Made by a program: the position numbers and the translations under genes. Positions 11,255 to 24,900 of a DNA stretch of 64,000 nt are shown here, in pieces (the first letter of the stretch is position 1; each line of letters opens with the position of its first letter). The stretch is from contig JAMDHS010000102.1 of NCBI GenBank assembly GCA_029717555.1, positions 1 to 64,000 of the forward strand, written 5' to 3'. Under the pieces are notes generated by a model, which was not told the origin of the DNA, ran no database searches, and saw only the letters and a list, made by a program, of their open reading frames with translations. This DNA is from Peribolospora baueri (taxonomy: Eukaryota).

Positions 11255-14200
11255 TCAAATGAATTCGAAGAGAGGACCGATACGGCGCCGTCCCACCCGA
11301 GCGCAAGGAGAGCTGTCGATCGACGATGAGCTCATGAGGCTACCCGTGCTCGTTGACCGATTGTGCAAGCCCCTCGTGTCCGATTGAACATATCCAGATC
11401 CGATCGCTGACGGTGAGGATCCCCAGACATGGTTGTAGTGGGAAGAGAGCAATGGAGAGCGTCTCGTAATCGCGGATTCAGGAGGTGACTTTGACCGGAT
11501 GGCGAGCGGCGAAGACGCCTTCGCCTTTCGGCAGGGCGACGACAAATCCGGGCTGTACACGGTGGACGACGTGGGCGAGTCCGAGGCCGAGGAGCCGGCG
11601 GCGGCACTCTTTGCCACCAGAGAGTCCGAAGGAGACATACGGAGCCTTGCCGCCGAGGCAGGGGTGAGAATCGAGAAGAGCGAAAGGCGCATCTCCACGT
11701 CGACGTCGAAGAGCTTGTCGCCGATGGAGGGCCGATCGTAGCTTGGACGATCGTCACTCACGTCGCTGTCATATCGGCTGCGACGGCGGTCGGATTCGCC
11801 TAGTGATGCCTCTGAAAAGCCCATCTCAGATCTCCGGTCGGCTGGTGGAAAAGCGATGGAGCCCTCGGACTCGACGCGCGCAAGCATCCTGTCGCCTATT
11901 TCTGTAGCAATATTTTGAGATTCGGCCTTGTCCTTGCATTCTTCTTCGATGGGAAAAGACACCTCGGCATAAGCGGACGCTGGGCGTCTGCTGACTAGTC
12001 GCCGATGGTCCGGGCTGAAGCCAACTGACGGCTGCACGGCAGATTGCGGGCCTCGTCCAAGATCGTCCGGGATCGGCGATCCGCCCCACAGCCTCTTGGG
12101 CCTGGTGTCCGGGGTGACGGGCGGCAGTTGCGACGATACAGAGAGTATGCGTCTGACTGGGCTAGGCGCGGGTCCGCTGATGCTGCTGACGCAGCAGACA
12201 CGGTATGGCCTCGGCAGGGGCGAGGGACTGTCGTCCAAGCCGACGGACACGCTGGTCATCGCGTCGCTGTTCTCCGGTGTGCTCTCCACGTCGTAGATTT
12301 GGATCTCATCCGAGGAGCTACTCTCCTCGTCAGCGATGAAACCGCTTGAGCGACGCGTAGAGGGCTGACCAAAAGGCGGAGAAGATCCGGCAGCGCCGAA
12401 GCACGGCGTGAGAGGACGATAGAGTGGTGCGCCTGACGCCGGGTGCGAATGGGCGACGGGAGGATGATTAGTCACTGGAGGGAACGCAAAGTCCGTTCCG
12501 GCAGAGGATTGAGTCCACTCCGACACGATGGTGTGTAGGTCGTCGGGGCCAGGTTGGGAGGTGAGGGCGCCGTGGAAGAGACCGTGCAGATCGTCAGGGG
12601 CATCGCTCGTACGCGTTTCAGTACGCTGAATCTCGTCCTCCTCGCCCGCACCGTAGCCGGCCGGGAGACCATCGTGCACGGAGCGAGAGTCGGAGAGACG
12701 GTCGACGACGCTGCGCAAGCCGTCCGTCCCCTGCTCGACATCGTCCAAGTTGGTCGAGCTTAAGAACATGGACTCTGAAAGCGTACTGGCGCGGTGGACG
12801 TCAGGCGCTATGGGGCCTTCGGCGTCCCCGTTAGCGAGGCTATCGAGCGCCTCGCTGCTGCTGCCGCTCGTGGTCGTCGTGGCCCCATCAGCGACCGAAG
12901 AACGATATGCGCTCACGTCGCTGTCGCTCATCGACACTGGAAGAGAGAGAAGACTCGTCAAACCGACCTGGTCGGTGACCTGCCGCTCCGGCGTCAAGCG
13001 CAGTCCGAGCTCAGAGATGGCTGGAGACGGGTGTTCTTGCCGTGCCTGTGTCACGTCCAGCGTGAAACCGCTCCGGGGATCCGGCCGGAAGTGGGCCGGC
13101 GGTTGGGCGCGCATGAGGGGAGACGATGTCGACGCGGGTGTCGGCGCAGCCGGCTGAAATGGAGCAAGGGAAGGCTCGTCCTTGCCGGGCATATCTTCAC
13201 CGTCGCTGGCAGGGACAGAGGGCAAGGGGTACCTGGGCGGCGAGGGGGGCGGCGCACTCCAGTCGGCAAGCGCATGTTCCATAAGGCTGTCAAAGTCGGA
13301 CATGGTCGTCTCCGGGTTGAGAGCGTAAAGCGGGCCGATCGAAGGACGATGAAGAATGGAAGAGGAGACGGAGGTGTCGGAGGCCATCGATGTGACCGAG
13401 CCTTTGCCACAAGGGTGTCCGTGTCCGTGTCGCTGGTGTGGCTCCTGGTGCGACTGCCGCTGCTGCCGATGAGATGGGTCACGGCCACGCGTAGGAACAA
13501 ACGTCGGCGAGAGAAGGCTAGGAGAGGGAGGCGACTTGACCGACGCCGCCTCGAGCGTGGAGGGGGGCCGAACGCGGAGAGGGGGCGGCACAGGCTGGGA
13601 TGCGGCCGAAGGGGTGCACTCCTCCGCGGTATACCTGGGAACGGCTTTGCAGTACGAGAGACGCGACCGGCTCGGCACGGCTGTATGGGAGCGAGACGAA
13701 GCAAGGGGATCGGTCAGTGAGCGAGACGAAGCATCGGTCAGTTCAGTCAGTGACAATCCCGGCGGCGGTGAAAGACACCCACGCGTCTGTTCGGCGTCGC
13801 CCGTCCCAAGGTCCCGGGGCCCCAGAGCCGACTCTGGAGTATGCGCGGGGGAGATCGAATCCATGGACGTCCTTTCCCTTCCCGGCCTCATCTTCCCCGT
13901 ACCTCCCTGGGGCTCGTTCTCCTTCAGCCTGTCTGCAGCAGTCCAGCCACTCAGACTGCCGACTCTTAGCTTGGACACGTCGGCCTTGGTACTGAGCGTC
14001 TTCCACCACTTTGCCTTGAAATCAGGAGCGGCGGAGGGAGGGGTGGTCTTCCCGTGTTCGATAACGTCGGGAGGAGGAAGGGCTTCGGAAGAGAGGTACA
14101 CCCACGACGCCAGCCAGTCGCCTCCGTCTTCCGTCGCCTGCGCCGGCGTCGGCGTCTGCGCCTGCGCCTGGCGCTTGCCGGATGAGCCGTAGAGCCGACT

Positions 14201-15902
14201 AAAACGGCGGCCGACGGTATAGAAACGGGTCTGCGACTCTCCCCTCGACCAGGCTGGCTCGGCCTTCTTCTTCCCTCCGCCTCCGTCAGGAGACCCTCCG
14301 CCGGCGGAGGAGGTGCTGAAGCGGGACCTGAGCATCGTCGACGCGCGGCTCATGCTCATGGTCGAGCGACCCATCGAGACGGAAGGGGCCGAGCTTCGCA
14401 AGGCGCCAGCGCCCCGGTCCGGCTCGCGGGGCAAGGGCAAGCCTCGGACGAGCTTGCCCATCTTGTCCGCGAAGTCACCGTCACCATCGCCACCGCCATC
14501 CGCACCTGGGTGCTGAGCGACCGCGGGCGCGAGAACGTTCCTCAAGCTCGGCGGACAATCGGGCAGCTCTCGCATGCGCAGAGTCCGAGTCTGAGCATGA
14601 ACGGCGCGCTTGCGCAGAGTCGGCTCCGACTTTTTCCTGCTCCCCAGGCGGGAGAGACTGCGAAGCGAGGCCAAGGTGCCGAACGGCGATCCGGAACCGG
14701 AACCGGGGCCAGGGCCGGAGCCGCTTCTTCGCTCGCTCTCGCCGACCGCGGCGGGGGCCCGACGGAATAGGCGCAGCGAGCCGGAGCCGGTGCTGAAGCG
14801 AGGGGAGCGAGAAGCTTTGCTGAATGTGTTCGCCTTGTGCGTGTGCGTGTGCGTGGGCTCGGGACAGAAAGGAGGAGAACCGGCGGCGAAAGCTTGGGAG
14901 GAGGCGACGGCGCCTTTAGATCCAGGTGACGGAGACGGCGACGATGAGCCGGGCAAAAGGGCGTGGGCGTGGGTATGGGCGTCCAAAGTCTGTTGGATCG
15001 ACGCGCGCAACGCACGTCGCGGCGGCTGCAGGCCTCGTCCGACAAGGGCGGCAGCACTTTCCATCGAGGCTGCCAAAGCCCCTCTCGGCACGGACAAGTC
15101 GTCTTCATCCGGACGTTCTTCCACCCTGCCACCAGCCATCGTGTCCTTCCTCTTCCACTCCCTTTTAACCTCGCCCTCCGTCTCCGTCCTGTTCGCCATC
15201 TCCATCTCTACCTCCCAGAGCCTCTTAGCCGCATCACTCAAGAACTCGGCACGGGGAGGAAGGGAGGACGACTGGAAGGGGTACTGATGAAAGGTGAGAG
15301 AGGAGGTGCGAGGAGGCGGGGGAGGGAGCGGCTTCGTGTTGCTGCTGAGGTGTTGGATCGGACGAGGAGGCGGGTAGACGACGTGCGGCTCCGGCTCTGG
15401 CTGCAGCGCGGACAAGCTGGAGCCGGGGCCAACGCCGGGGCCGGTCGTTCCACAGCCTGCTGCCATCGGTCGCGCCCCCGCACCGCCCTCAAGGGTGACA
15501 GTGCGCGTGGGTTTGGAGGCAGACCTGGGCGAGGGAGTGGGCGTGAATTGGAAGGTGGGCTCGAGCGCGTGCCTGGCGAGGCGCGGAGAGTTGTGGCCGC
15601 CGAGAACGTGTGCGGCGCGGGTATGACGAGGGATGTGGGTGGTGGCGTCGACGTTAGTTCTGGTATTTACGTTGGTTTTGGTATTGGCGTTGGCGTGGGC
15701 GTGGACGTTGGCGTTGACGTTGGCATCGACGGCGACGGAGCTCAGCGGGACGCGGACGCGCCTGCGTACGATCACGGGTCGCTGCTTCCTGTGCGCCTCG
15801 GCGTCGACGGGCGGCTTGACGTTGTATTCCCGCGCGTCCATCTCGCTCTCCTCGGTGGTGCGCTTGTGCCGGACAGAAGGAGAATGAGAAGAAGAAGGCA
15901 TC
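11255..15902 (-). CDS. Large low-complexity Ser/Pro-rich hypothetical protein (~1550 aa), apparently intronless
   Basis: Uninterrupted 4.7-kb ORF. The first ATG gives MPSSSHSP at ~15902. No recognisable domain. Confidence 0.65.
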
Positions 15903-16917
15903 GCACGGCGGAGACTGGGATGCAGAGGAGAGAAGAAATCAAACGAGCCGAGGCTGGGCTGGGCGGAGGCAAGACGTAGAAGAGGGGCGGAGAGAAGGCG
16001 AAGAAAGCGAAGGAGGTGATCTGGGTGAAAGCGAGGCACCTGTCCTGGCCTGATCTGATCTGGTCGCAGTCTTGAAGCGTCGTCAGGCCGTCAGAGGGTT
16101 ACGGAGATAGGGGGCAGCGAAGGATGAAGGCGTGATAGGCGTGGGTGTCGTTTGTCGTGAATGAGAAGCTGGAGAGCAAAGGTCATGGGGTCATGGGCGT
16201 GCGTGGGTGTCTTTTCTTGAGTTGTCTCGTCTTGTCTCCCTCGTGGTGGGAAGAAGAGAACCGCATACACTCCACTCCTTCCTCTTAACCTCGCCTTGTT
16301 GTCGCTCGAAGCACGCGACGGCCGCGACGCGTCGAAACACGAGGCATGCCTCCTTAACCCCTGACGTGCACGCTCGCTTATCTGCTCCCATCCATTCCAT
16401 TCCCACTTATTCCCTAACCCATCTCATCCCATCCAACCACGTCTCCATCTCGTCCCGCTTCTAGCCCCCTCCACCCGTCCTCGCAGCCAGAACCAGAACG
16501 GAGCGAAAGAAGGACGACGACGCACGGACGGACGGAACGAACGAACGAACAATAAAGAAGCGTAGATCCTCCGCCCACCCGACAATTCCCCGCGGACCTG
16601 ATCAGGACCTGATTCTGATTGATCCGCCCTGACTGACCCGCCCGCTCGCACATACATACACACCATAGTAGGGTTATCACGCGCAGGACCCTAACCCTAA
16701 CCTGCTCGCTCGATCGTGCGCGCTCCTCACCACCATCCACCGCTTCGACGACAGACCGAACACACTTCACACGACCACGACGCATTCCTTCCTCGTTCCC
16801 CTCTCTTCCTTTCACTCCTCCCACTCGCCCTCTTCTCCCGTTCCTCCTCTCCGTCCTCATTCCATTCCATTCCATTCCATTCCATCCATCCATCTGCCAC
16901 TCTCGCGCCCGGCGGCC

Positions 16918-19373
16918 ATGTACGGCCGTCCACCACCCCACCGCGGCTACCCGCCTTACCAACAGCGCCCACCTCCGGGCCCCCCGCCAGGTCCACCGGG
17001 CGCGCCAGGGACGGCGACGGCGACGGGGACAGGAGCACCATGGCCATACCCTCCGCCCGGAGGACAGCCAGGCTACGGCGGTGCACCGAGGGCCGGTATC
17101 GGCGCCCCCGGCCGACCTCCTGCGCCGCCGGGTATGGGAGCGGGCGCCAGCTGGGAGGGAAGCCCTCCACCTCGTGCGCCGCCAGGGGCGATGGCCGGCG
17201 GCAGTGCATCGCCTTACGCCCCCGGCCCGGGTCCGGGTCCGAGTCCGGCGGCGCCAACCCCGAGGGCGGAGGCTTCCACGACGTTGTTCGTCGGGTCCAT
17301 CAGCGCCGGCGTCACCGATATGTGGTTGGAGAGGATATTGCAGGTGCGCGGCTTTCTCTTTGCGTGCGTGCAGTCCTTGCACTCATCGTGATTATTTTTT
17401 CCCTTTGCTCGCTCCTCCTTCAGTCATGCGGTCCGCTTCGCAAGGTCAACCGCGTCAAAGACCTCACGGGCAAGCCCAAGGCATTCGGCTTTGCAGAGTA
17501 CGAGGAGCCAGAGAGCGTCTTGCGCGCCCTCAAAGTCCTCAATGGCGTCGAGGTGCCCAGCTTGGACCCTGGCGGCGGGCAGGCGAAAAAGTTGGTCGTC
17601 AAGGCGGATGAGAAGACGAGGGTGTACTTGGATCAGTACGAGAGTGGGAGGGTGAAGGGCGAGGGCGAGGAGGAACTTGATTCCAAGGCCAGGGAGACGA
17701 TCGAGGACATCTTCAAAGAGATGGTCTCGGGCGCCGACTCGTCCGATGCCAACAAGGACGATCCGGGATACACCGTCCCTGCGCATCTGCGCGACCTCCC
17801 GCCGGAGGAGCTGCCGGAGGAGCAACGCGGGATCGTGCTGTCGGAGATTGCCATGTTCAGGGAGAGGGCGCACAAGAAGGAGCAGGAGAGAAAGAGAAAG
17901 GAGGAGGAGATGGAGAGGGAGAGGGAGAGGGAGTGGGAGATGCGCAGGAAGAGGGAGGACGCCGCTCGCAACGCCCAGGCCGCTTCGCCACCAGCCGATC
18001 GCAGAAGGCCGGCCGCCAATGGTTACGGCCACGGCCACGGCGCGGACAGCCACCTGCCGTACGGCAAGGAACAAAGCTACAACAAGCCCATGTCCTTTGT
18101 CCGAGCTGACGCCGCGGGGGGGGGACCGGTGTCGTCGATCGGCGGCGACGCCAACGCGGTGCTCGATCCGGAGCAGCAGGACGAGGAGGAGGAGAGGAGG
18201 AGGAGAGAAGCCAAGGAGAGGGAAGCCGAGGTCGCTTTGCGGGATGTGAGTCGTGAATGGGTGAATGGACCGTGCTCTTTTTTTCTTCTTCAAGCTCACA
18301 TCTATCTGCCTCGTCTCCATTCGCATCGATCGCAGCGCGAACGCCGATGGGAGGCCCGCGAGCGGTCCCGTCTCGCGGCGATAGAGCGCGAACTGGGGCG
18401 GGAGCGCGACGAAGAGGCGCGGGAGCAGCGGGAGCGACAGAGGCGACTAACCCTGCACGCCCGCTTCGATGACGACGACCCTTCGACGCTGCCCCGCGGA
18501 GCGGACTACACGTTCTACGACGACCGGCTCGCTTGGCGGGAGGTGTACGGGCCGATCCGGGCGAGGGAGAAGGAGGCGGACGAGGCGGACAAGAAGCGGG
18601 AGGAGGAAGAAGTGGAGAAGATCCGGATCGAGTCGGAGCGTTTCCTCGCCGAGCAGGCGGCCGAGATGGAGGCGCTGGCTCAGGCGCAGAGAGATGCTGG
18701 TATGCTCCTCGACGAGGGACAGCCGATCAAGCTGTCGTTCACCGCCAAGGCCGCTGGAGGTGCGGATGGCACCAAGGCTATGGTGGATCACCCGGAAGGC
18801 AAGGTGGCGATGGGCGCAGCGGCCGGGGCAGCAGCAGCGGCGGCGGGGGCAGCAGGTCAAACGGAACATGGTGCGGCCGGCGGTCGACCGGTGCTACTAG
18901 GCGAAGCAGAGGAGGAAGAAGAAGCGCTTCGGAAGAAGCTGCGCGTGTTAGTGCCTTTGGAGTATGGCGACGGATTGACGGACGAGGAGAGGGAGGAAAA
19001 ACGAAAGGACAAAGTGAGGAGGATGTGGGAGAGCGTGCCGGCTCAGGTGGACAAGCTTGCGCTTGTGCCGATTAGATGGGAGTTGGTGGATGAGGTGAGC
19101 CGCGTCTTTGTCTTTCGTGCCCGCTCAATTTCGCGCCCGCTCAACAAATATTTTCCTTTCTGCCAGAACATGATCGACAACAAATTAGCGCCGCTGGCAA
19201 ACGAAAAGATCGTAGAGTACCTGGGCGCGGAGGAAGAAGAGCTGCTCTCGTTCGTCCTCGAGCACGTTCGCGAACGCAAGGGCGCGCTCGAGCTTCGGGA
19301 CGGCCTCGAACCTGTGTTGGCCGACGAGGCGGGGCTGTTCGTCGAGGGCTTTTGGAAGAGGTGAGTGCTGTCA

Positions 19374-19408
<35 letters not shown>

Positions 19409-19512
19409 TTTCGGTGGGGTTTTATTCATTCCGTCTTGATCGTCTCGTCTCCTTCAGGCTCGTCTTCGAAACTCTGGTTGCCGCCGCGGGCATATCGGAC
19501 AGCAGCTTCTGA
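16918..19512 (+). CDS. RRM + PWI domain splicing factor (RBM25/Snu71-like U1 snRNP-associated protein); multi-exon
   Basis: Pro-rich N-terminus; RRM TLFVGSI..GKPKAFGFAEY; Glu/Arg-rich middle; PWI-like C-terminus IRWELVD..KIVEYLGAEEEEL..LEPVLADEAGLFVEGFWKR|LVFET. Confidence 0.88.
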
Positions 19513-20879
19513 CACGCCACCGGCGGCGGAGGTGGTGGTGCAAGGTCGTCGCGAGTCTATTCCCCTCCATGTGAACCGCGACCGCGCTCCGGTTATCCTT
19601 GATTCTACCCTCTCACCCCTTCTCCCATCTATCTCTCTCTCTCAAAAAAAACACCCACCACTGCTGCTCTATCGACCGGTGAGTGATCGCAAGGGCGAGA
19701 GGGAAGGCGCATGTACTTTACAATCTCATTTGCGCCTCGCAGCGAGGGCAGGAATCTCGATCTCGATCACGTTCACGGTCGACTTTGGACGAGGCGACGG
19801 CGACGACGGCGAAGGAACGGATGGGCCGAAGCAAGACAGCGAGCGAAGTCATCCATCCATCCATCCGTCGGTCGGTCGTCTGTCATCATCATCGTCGTCG
19901 TCTCTGCCCTCGGCCCAGCCCAGCCCGGCGGCTCGGTCGAGTAGTCTCAGTGAGTGATGAGCGAGCGAGCGAGCGAGCGAAGGGGCGGCCGATTGGGTTC
20001 GGTTCGGTTCGGCAGCGACACGCAACGACATGACACGACACGACATGACATGATGACGGCTAGGTACAGACACCGGGCGCGAAGGAAGCAAGTCTCGCCC
20101 CGGGCTGACCTTCTCTTTCTCATGTTCAGCCCAGTCGAGTGGGGCTTTATCAGACATCATGTTGGAATCGAGTCGAGTAGAGTCGACAGTGTGTGTGGCC
20201 AGAGGAGATTTTGTGGCTCCCCTCCGCGTTCTCGTGAGATGTCGCGTGGGTCGTGCGTGCCTGGGCGAGGGCGTACGTACGAGAAAGAGACGGCAAGAAG
20301 GCGGTGGAATGGGGGTGTGTGTATATGCGCGTAGGTACGCCGGCGTTGCGGGTCGGAGACTTTTTGTCCTCTTGTGCTCGCTTGGACGAGCACATGGAGA
20401 CGAGGGAGAGCGTCGTCATTTCATCACCGCCATACATGGTGTGAGGTGGGCGAGAGAGAGCGCAGCTAAACAGAGAGGGGAGAGATGGGCGTTGATCTCC
20501 TCCTTGTTTCTAGTCTCCTTCCCGTCACCCTCCCTTTCTTCTTGCTCTCCGTCTTCCTATCTCCCTCTGTTTTCCATCCACGGTCGTCTCCTCTTGGACG
20601 TGCGTCGCTTTGCTTTGCTTTGCTTCGCGTTGCTTCACGACTGAATGCGGTGCAGCACCCGCTGGACGGGGTAATCAGGTCAGTATACGTGTCCGCGTCA
20701 TTGTCAGTATCATTGTCAGTTCAGGCGGTGTCAGCCGGCATCGGGCAGTGTCAGCCGGGGTGAGGCAGTGAGAGAGCGCCAGCCGGCGTCGAACGCTGCT
20801 TGATCTTGGCGTTCCCACGCCGAGCCAACGCCGTCGATCCGCTCGTGGACGGACGGTTCGCGTGGTGGCGGCCTCGCGT

Positions 20880-20908
20880 GTCCGTTTGGAGGATGGAGGT
20901 TGCGGAGG

Positions 20909-20947
<39 letters not shown>

Positions 20948-21198
20948 CGTCGTCGTCGTTGTCGTCGTCGCCGTCGTCGTCGTGGCCCAGCCGGCTGTGG
21001 AGAGAAACACAAAGCAAACGGACGGAGGGACGGACGACGGATGGAGAGGAGGATAAGCGGACGGGAGGAACGGGCCGGGTGATCGACGCCGTGGGATCGA
21101 TCCGTTCGAGCGCGCCCAGATTTAGATTCTCACTCGGCGTCCATGGCGTGCAAGGTGTGGCTGCGCGGTGATGGCGATGGTGATGGTGGTGGTGGTCA

Positions 21199-21229
<31 letters not shown>

Positions 21230-21300
21230 TGTCTTCGCTATCGCTATCGCCATCTCCATCTCCATCACCACCGCCATCCCCATCCCCATCCCCATCGTCT
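20880..21300. repeat. Compound microsatellite cluster: (TTGTCG)n, (GTC)n, (GGT)n, (CCCCAT)n
   Basis: Tandem repeats directly visible at ~20911-20982 and ~21170-21295, upstream of the flippase gene. Confidence 0.9.
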
Positions 21301-21903
21301 TCGCGCCGGCCCGGACGGCTGGCTGGCTGGACGGAAGGAAGAATATTGTGTGCGACCCTGAACGAAGCTGCCCTGACGCGCCATTCATCTTTCCATCTTT
21401 CTTTCTTTCGTCCCTTCCATCATCCTCTTTCATCTTCCTTCGACTACCACCATCTTCGTATTCGTAGCCCATCTTTCTTCGTCTCCGTTTCCGTCTTCTC
21501 CATCTCCCTCTCTCCCTCTCCATCTCCATCCCGTCTCTTCTCCATCTCATCCCCCTGTCCTTCTTCCTTCTCCTCCCCCCGACCTAGGCTGGCCTACCCC
21601 TCCCCTCCGACTTACAGCCGCCTTCACCTTCTCTCTCTTGCCCAACACCACACCCCCTCCGCTTCCGGATCGAGACGAGACAGACGTAACCCCTTCTGCG
21701 CATACCCGCCCTTTTCCGGCGCACTCCCTCCTCGCAAACGTCTCACGCCCCTTTCGCCATCGCCATCACCCGTCCCTTTTCACCTCCCATTCGCTTTCGT
21801 CGTCCACCCGTCTTGCCCCGTCCCTCCCCGCGCCGCCTGGTCTCGTCAACGACGACATATCTCCTTCTCCCACCTCGCCCCCCTTTCCTAGCACCTCGCC
21901 AAC

Positions 21904-24900
21904 ATGCCTCTCTTCGGCCACGATCGTTCGTCCTCCAGCGCACGCCGCGAGTCCTACTACCCACCCCCTTCCCCCGTCTACGAGCTCGAGACGCCCGGCG
22001 GCACCCGCATCCCCTACGACCCCGATGCCCAAATCGATCCCGACCTCCAGCTCCGCGTCGTCCGCACCGCCGCCGCCTCCATCGCAGAGTCCCATCGGTC
22101 CGATGCCCGCAGGGAGGACCGCAAGGCGAGGAGGAAGCGCAAGCAGCAGGAGAGAGAGGAGAGGATGAAGAACGGAGAGCAACGCATGAGCCTTTTCCGC
22201 GGCATGAGCGTCAAGAGGATGCTCAGCACCCGCAAGGGCAAGGAGAGGGACACCTCCTTCCTCGGCGCCCTCACCGAGTCCGATGAGTATCCAGGTCCAC
22301 ACTCGACGCCCGCCGACGGCCCCTCCTCCCTCGTCGCCGACGCCCCCTATCAAGCCGTGCCCGACACCGCCGCCGCCCGGGCTCCCTACGCCGAGTCGGA
22401 CGCCGCCTCGTCCGATACCGGCCACGATCACCAACCTCCAGCCGGGCCGCCCGGCGGCGGAGGCACGACAACATTGGGCAAAAAGGCGAAAAAGGTCAAC
22501 CCAGACCTGCTCAAGCGACGAAACATCTACCTCAACGTCCCTCTTCCTCCCCATGACCTCGACCCCAAGGGAGACCCCAAGATGCGCTACCCTCGCAACA
22601 AGGTCCGCACCAGCAAGTACACCCCGCTCACCTTCTTGCCCAAGAACCTCTACGAGCAGTTCCACCGCGTCGCCAATATCTACTTCCTCGCCCTCGTCAT
22701 CCTCCAAGTCTTCTCCATCTTCGGCGCCGCCACGCCCCAGATCGCCATGCTCCCCCTCGTCGCCATCCTCGGCATCACCGCCCTCAAGGATGGCGTCGAG
22801 GACTACCGCCGACACGCGATCGACGACGGCGTCAACAACTCGGCCGTCACCAGGCTCGGCGACTGGCAAAACGTCAACCGGCCCAAGGACCGTCGGTCGT
22901 TGTTCGAAAAGATTTTTGGTCTCAACCCGCCGAACCGAGTGTCCAAGGGTGTTCGCAAGCTCAGGGAGAAGGAGGCCAGCACCGGTTCTGGCCTCACCCT
23001 CGGCCCGTCCATATCCTCCTCCGCCTCCAACTTTAGCCTCGTCAAGGACCACGCGGCGAACAGCTCGACGTACTCGGTCGACTACCCGCTCGAGGAGCTC
23101 CAGTCCGTCACCGACTCGCAGTCCTTCCACGGCCGCTCCTCCGCCGCCAGTGCCGCCAGCAGCTCCGCCCACCCTCTCGAGTCCCGTGACCGTGCGGTGC
23201 TCCAGAACATGCGCGAAGGAGTCTCGATCAACGGCTCCTTCGTCCCATCCACCGTCGGCTCTCGGTTCTCTCCCACGGGCGTCGTCGATTACGACCGCCG
23301 CACGCCCGGCACGGCCCGGTGGGAGCGGACGCTCTGGAAAAAGCTCGAGGTCGGCGATGTCGTCCTGCTGCGCGAGGACGAGCAGGTGCCGGCCGACATT
23401 GTCGTCCTCTCCACCTCGGACCCGGACGGCGCCTGCTTCGTGGAGACGAAAAACTTGGACGGCGAGACGAACCTGAAACCGCGCAAGTGCCTCAAGGCCA
23501 CCAGCTGCCTACGCTCCGAAGAAGACATCGAGCACGCCCGCTTCTACATCGACTCGGAGCCCCCGCACGCCAACCTGTATTCCTACCAGGCCCTCCTCAA
23601 ATATTCTTCTTCTTCTCCTCGCGCCTCCGCGGGCAGCGGGCGCAAAGACGACGACGAGTTTGACCAAGTCGAGCCGGTGACCATCAACGAGCTCCTCCTC
23701 CGCGGCTGCGCGCTCCGCAACACCGAGTGGGTCATCGGCCTGGTCGTGTTCACCGGCTCGAACACCAAGATCATGCTCAACCAGGGCGACACGCCGAGTA
23801 AGAGGAGCAAGATCGAAAAGGAGACCAACTTTAACGTGATCATGAACTTTGTCATCCTCCTCGCCATGTGTGTCGCCGCGGCCATTGCCGGTGGCTTTTA
23901 CGACAGCCGGGCCGACACGTCGGCGAGCTTTTACGAGCCGGACACGAACCCGTCGACGAGCAACTTTGCCAATGCGGTCGTCATCTTCGCCTCGTGCCTC
24001 ATCCTCTTCCAGAACATCGTCCCCATCTCGCTCTACATCTCCATCGAGATCGTAAAGACCATCCAGGCCTACTTCATCTACCAGGACATTGACATGTACT
24101 ACGCCCCCCTCGACCATCCGTGCGTGCCCAAGACGTGGAACATTTCCGATGATCTTGGCCAGATCGAGTATGTCTTTTCCGACAAGACCGGCACGCTCAC
24201 CCAGAACATTATGGAGTTTAAGAAATGCTCCATTCACGGAGGTGAGCCGGACGGCCCACGTTTCGACGATGACGGCGATGATGATGACGATGATGACGCT
24301 CTGCTGACCATCACCTTGCCCACCGTCTTTTTTTTGCATTCCCCCCGGTCGCGTAGTCGCCTACGGCGAAGGCATCACCGAGGCCATGGTCGGAGCTGCC
24401 AAGCGCGAAGGCAAGGACGTGGGCAACTTTAACCCCGCGGAGCAGGAAGAGCAGCTCAACCGGTTCAAGGAGGAGATGGTGGAGACGATGACCAGGTCGT
24501 ACAAGAACAGATACTTCCGACAGGACAAGCTAACCCTCATCGCCCCTTCGCTCGCCCACGACCTCAGCCCCTCTGCCACGGACACGCACCAGCGCCGTCG
24601 GATCATCGACTTTTGGCGCGCCCTCGCCCTCTGCCACACCGCCCTCACCGACCGGCCCGACTCGGGACGGCCGTTCGAGCTCGACTACAAGGCCGAGTCA
24701 CCCGACGAGGTCGCGCTCGTCGCCGCCGCGAGGGACGTTGGCTTTGTCTTTGTCAGCCGGACCAACAACGTGGTCGAGATCGAGGTTATGGGCCAGCCGG
24801 AGCGGTACACGCCGCTCCGGGTGCTCGAGTTTAACAGCACGCGCAAACGCATGTCCGTCATCGTCCGCGAACCCGACGGTCGCATCCTTATGGTCTGCAA

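Noticed and set aside
16667..16702. Telomere-like TAGGGTTA / CCCTAACCCTAACC motifs (also ~49490 and ~59620)
   Set aside because: Only about two units. At most promoter sites for a telobox-binding factor, not a telomere or fusion relic.
19700..21900. Many short ORFs with poly-T/V/R/D tracts, and a possible repeat array
   Set aside because: These are translations of microsatellites. There is no repeat-spacer structure, so this is not CRISPR.
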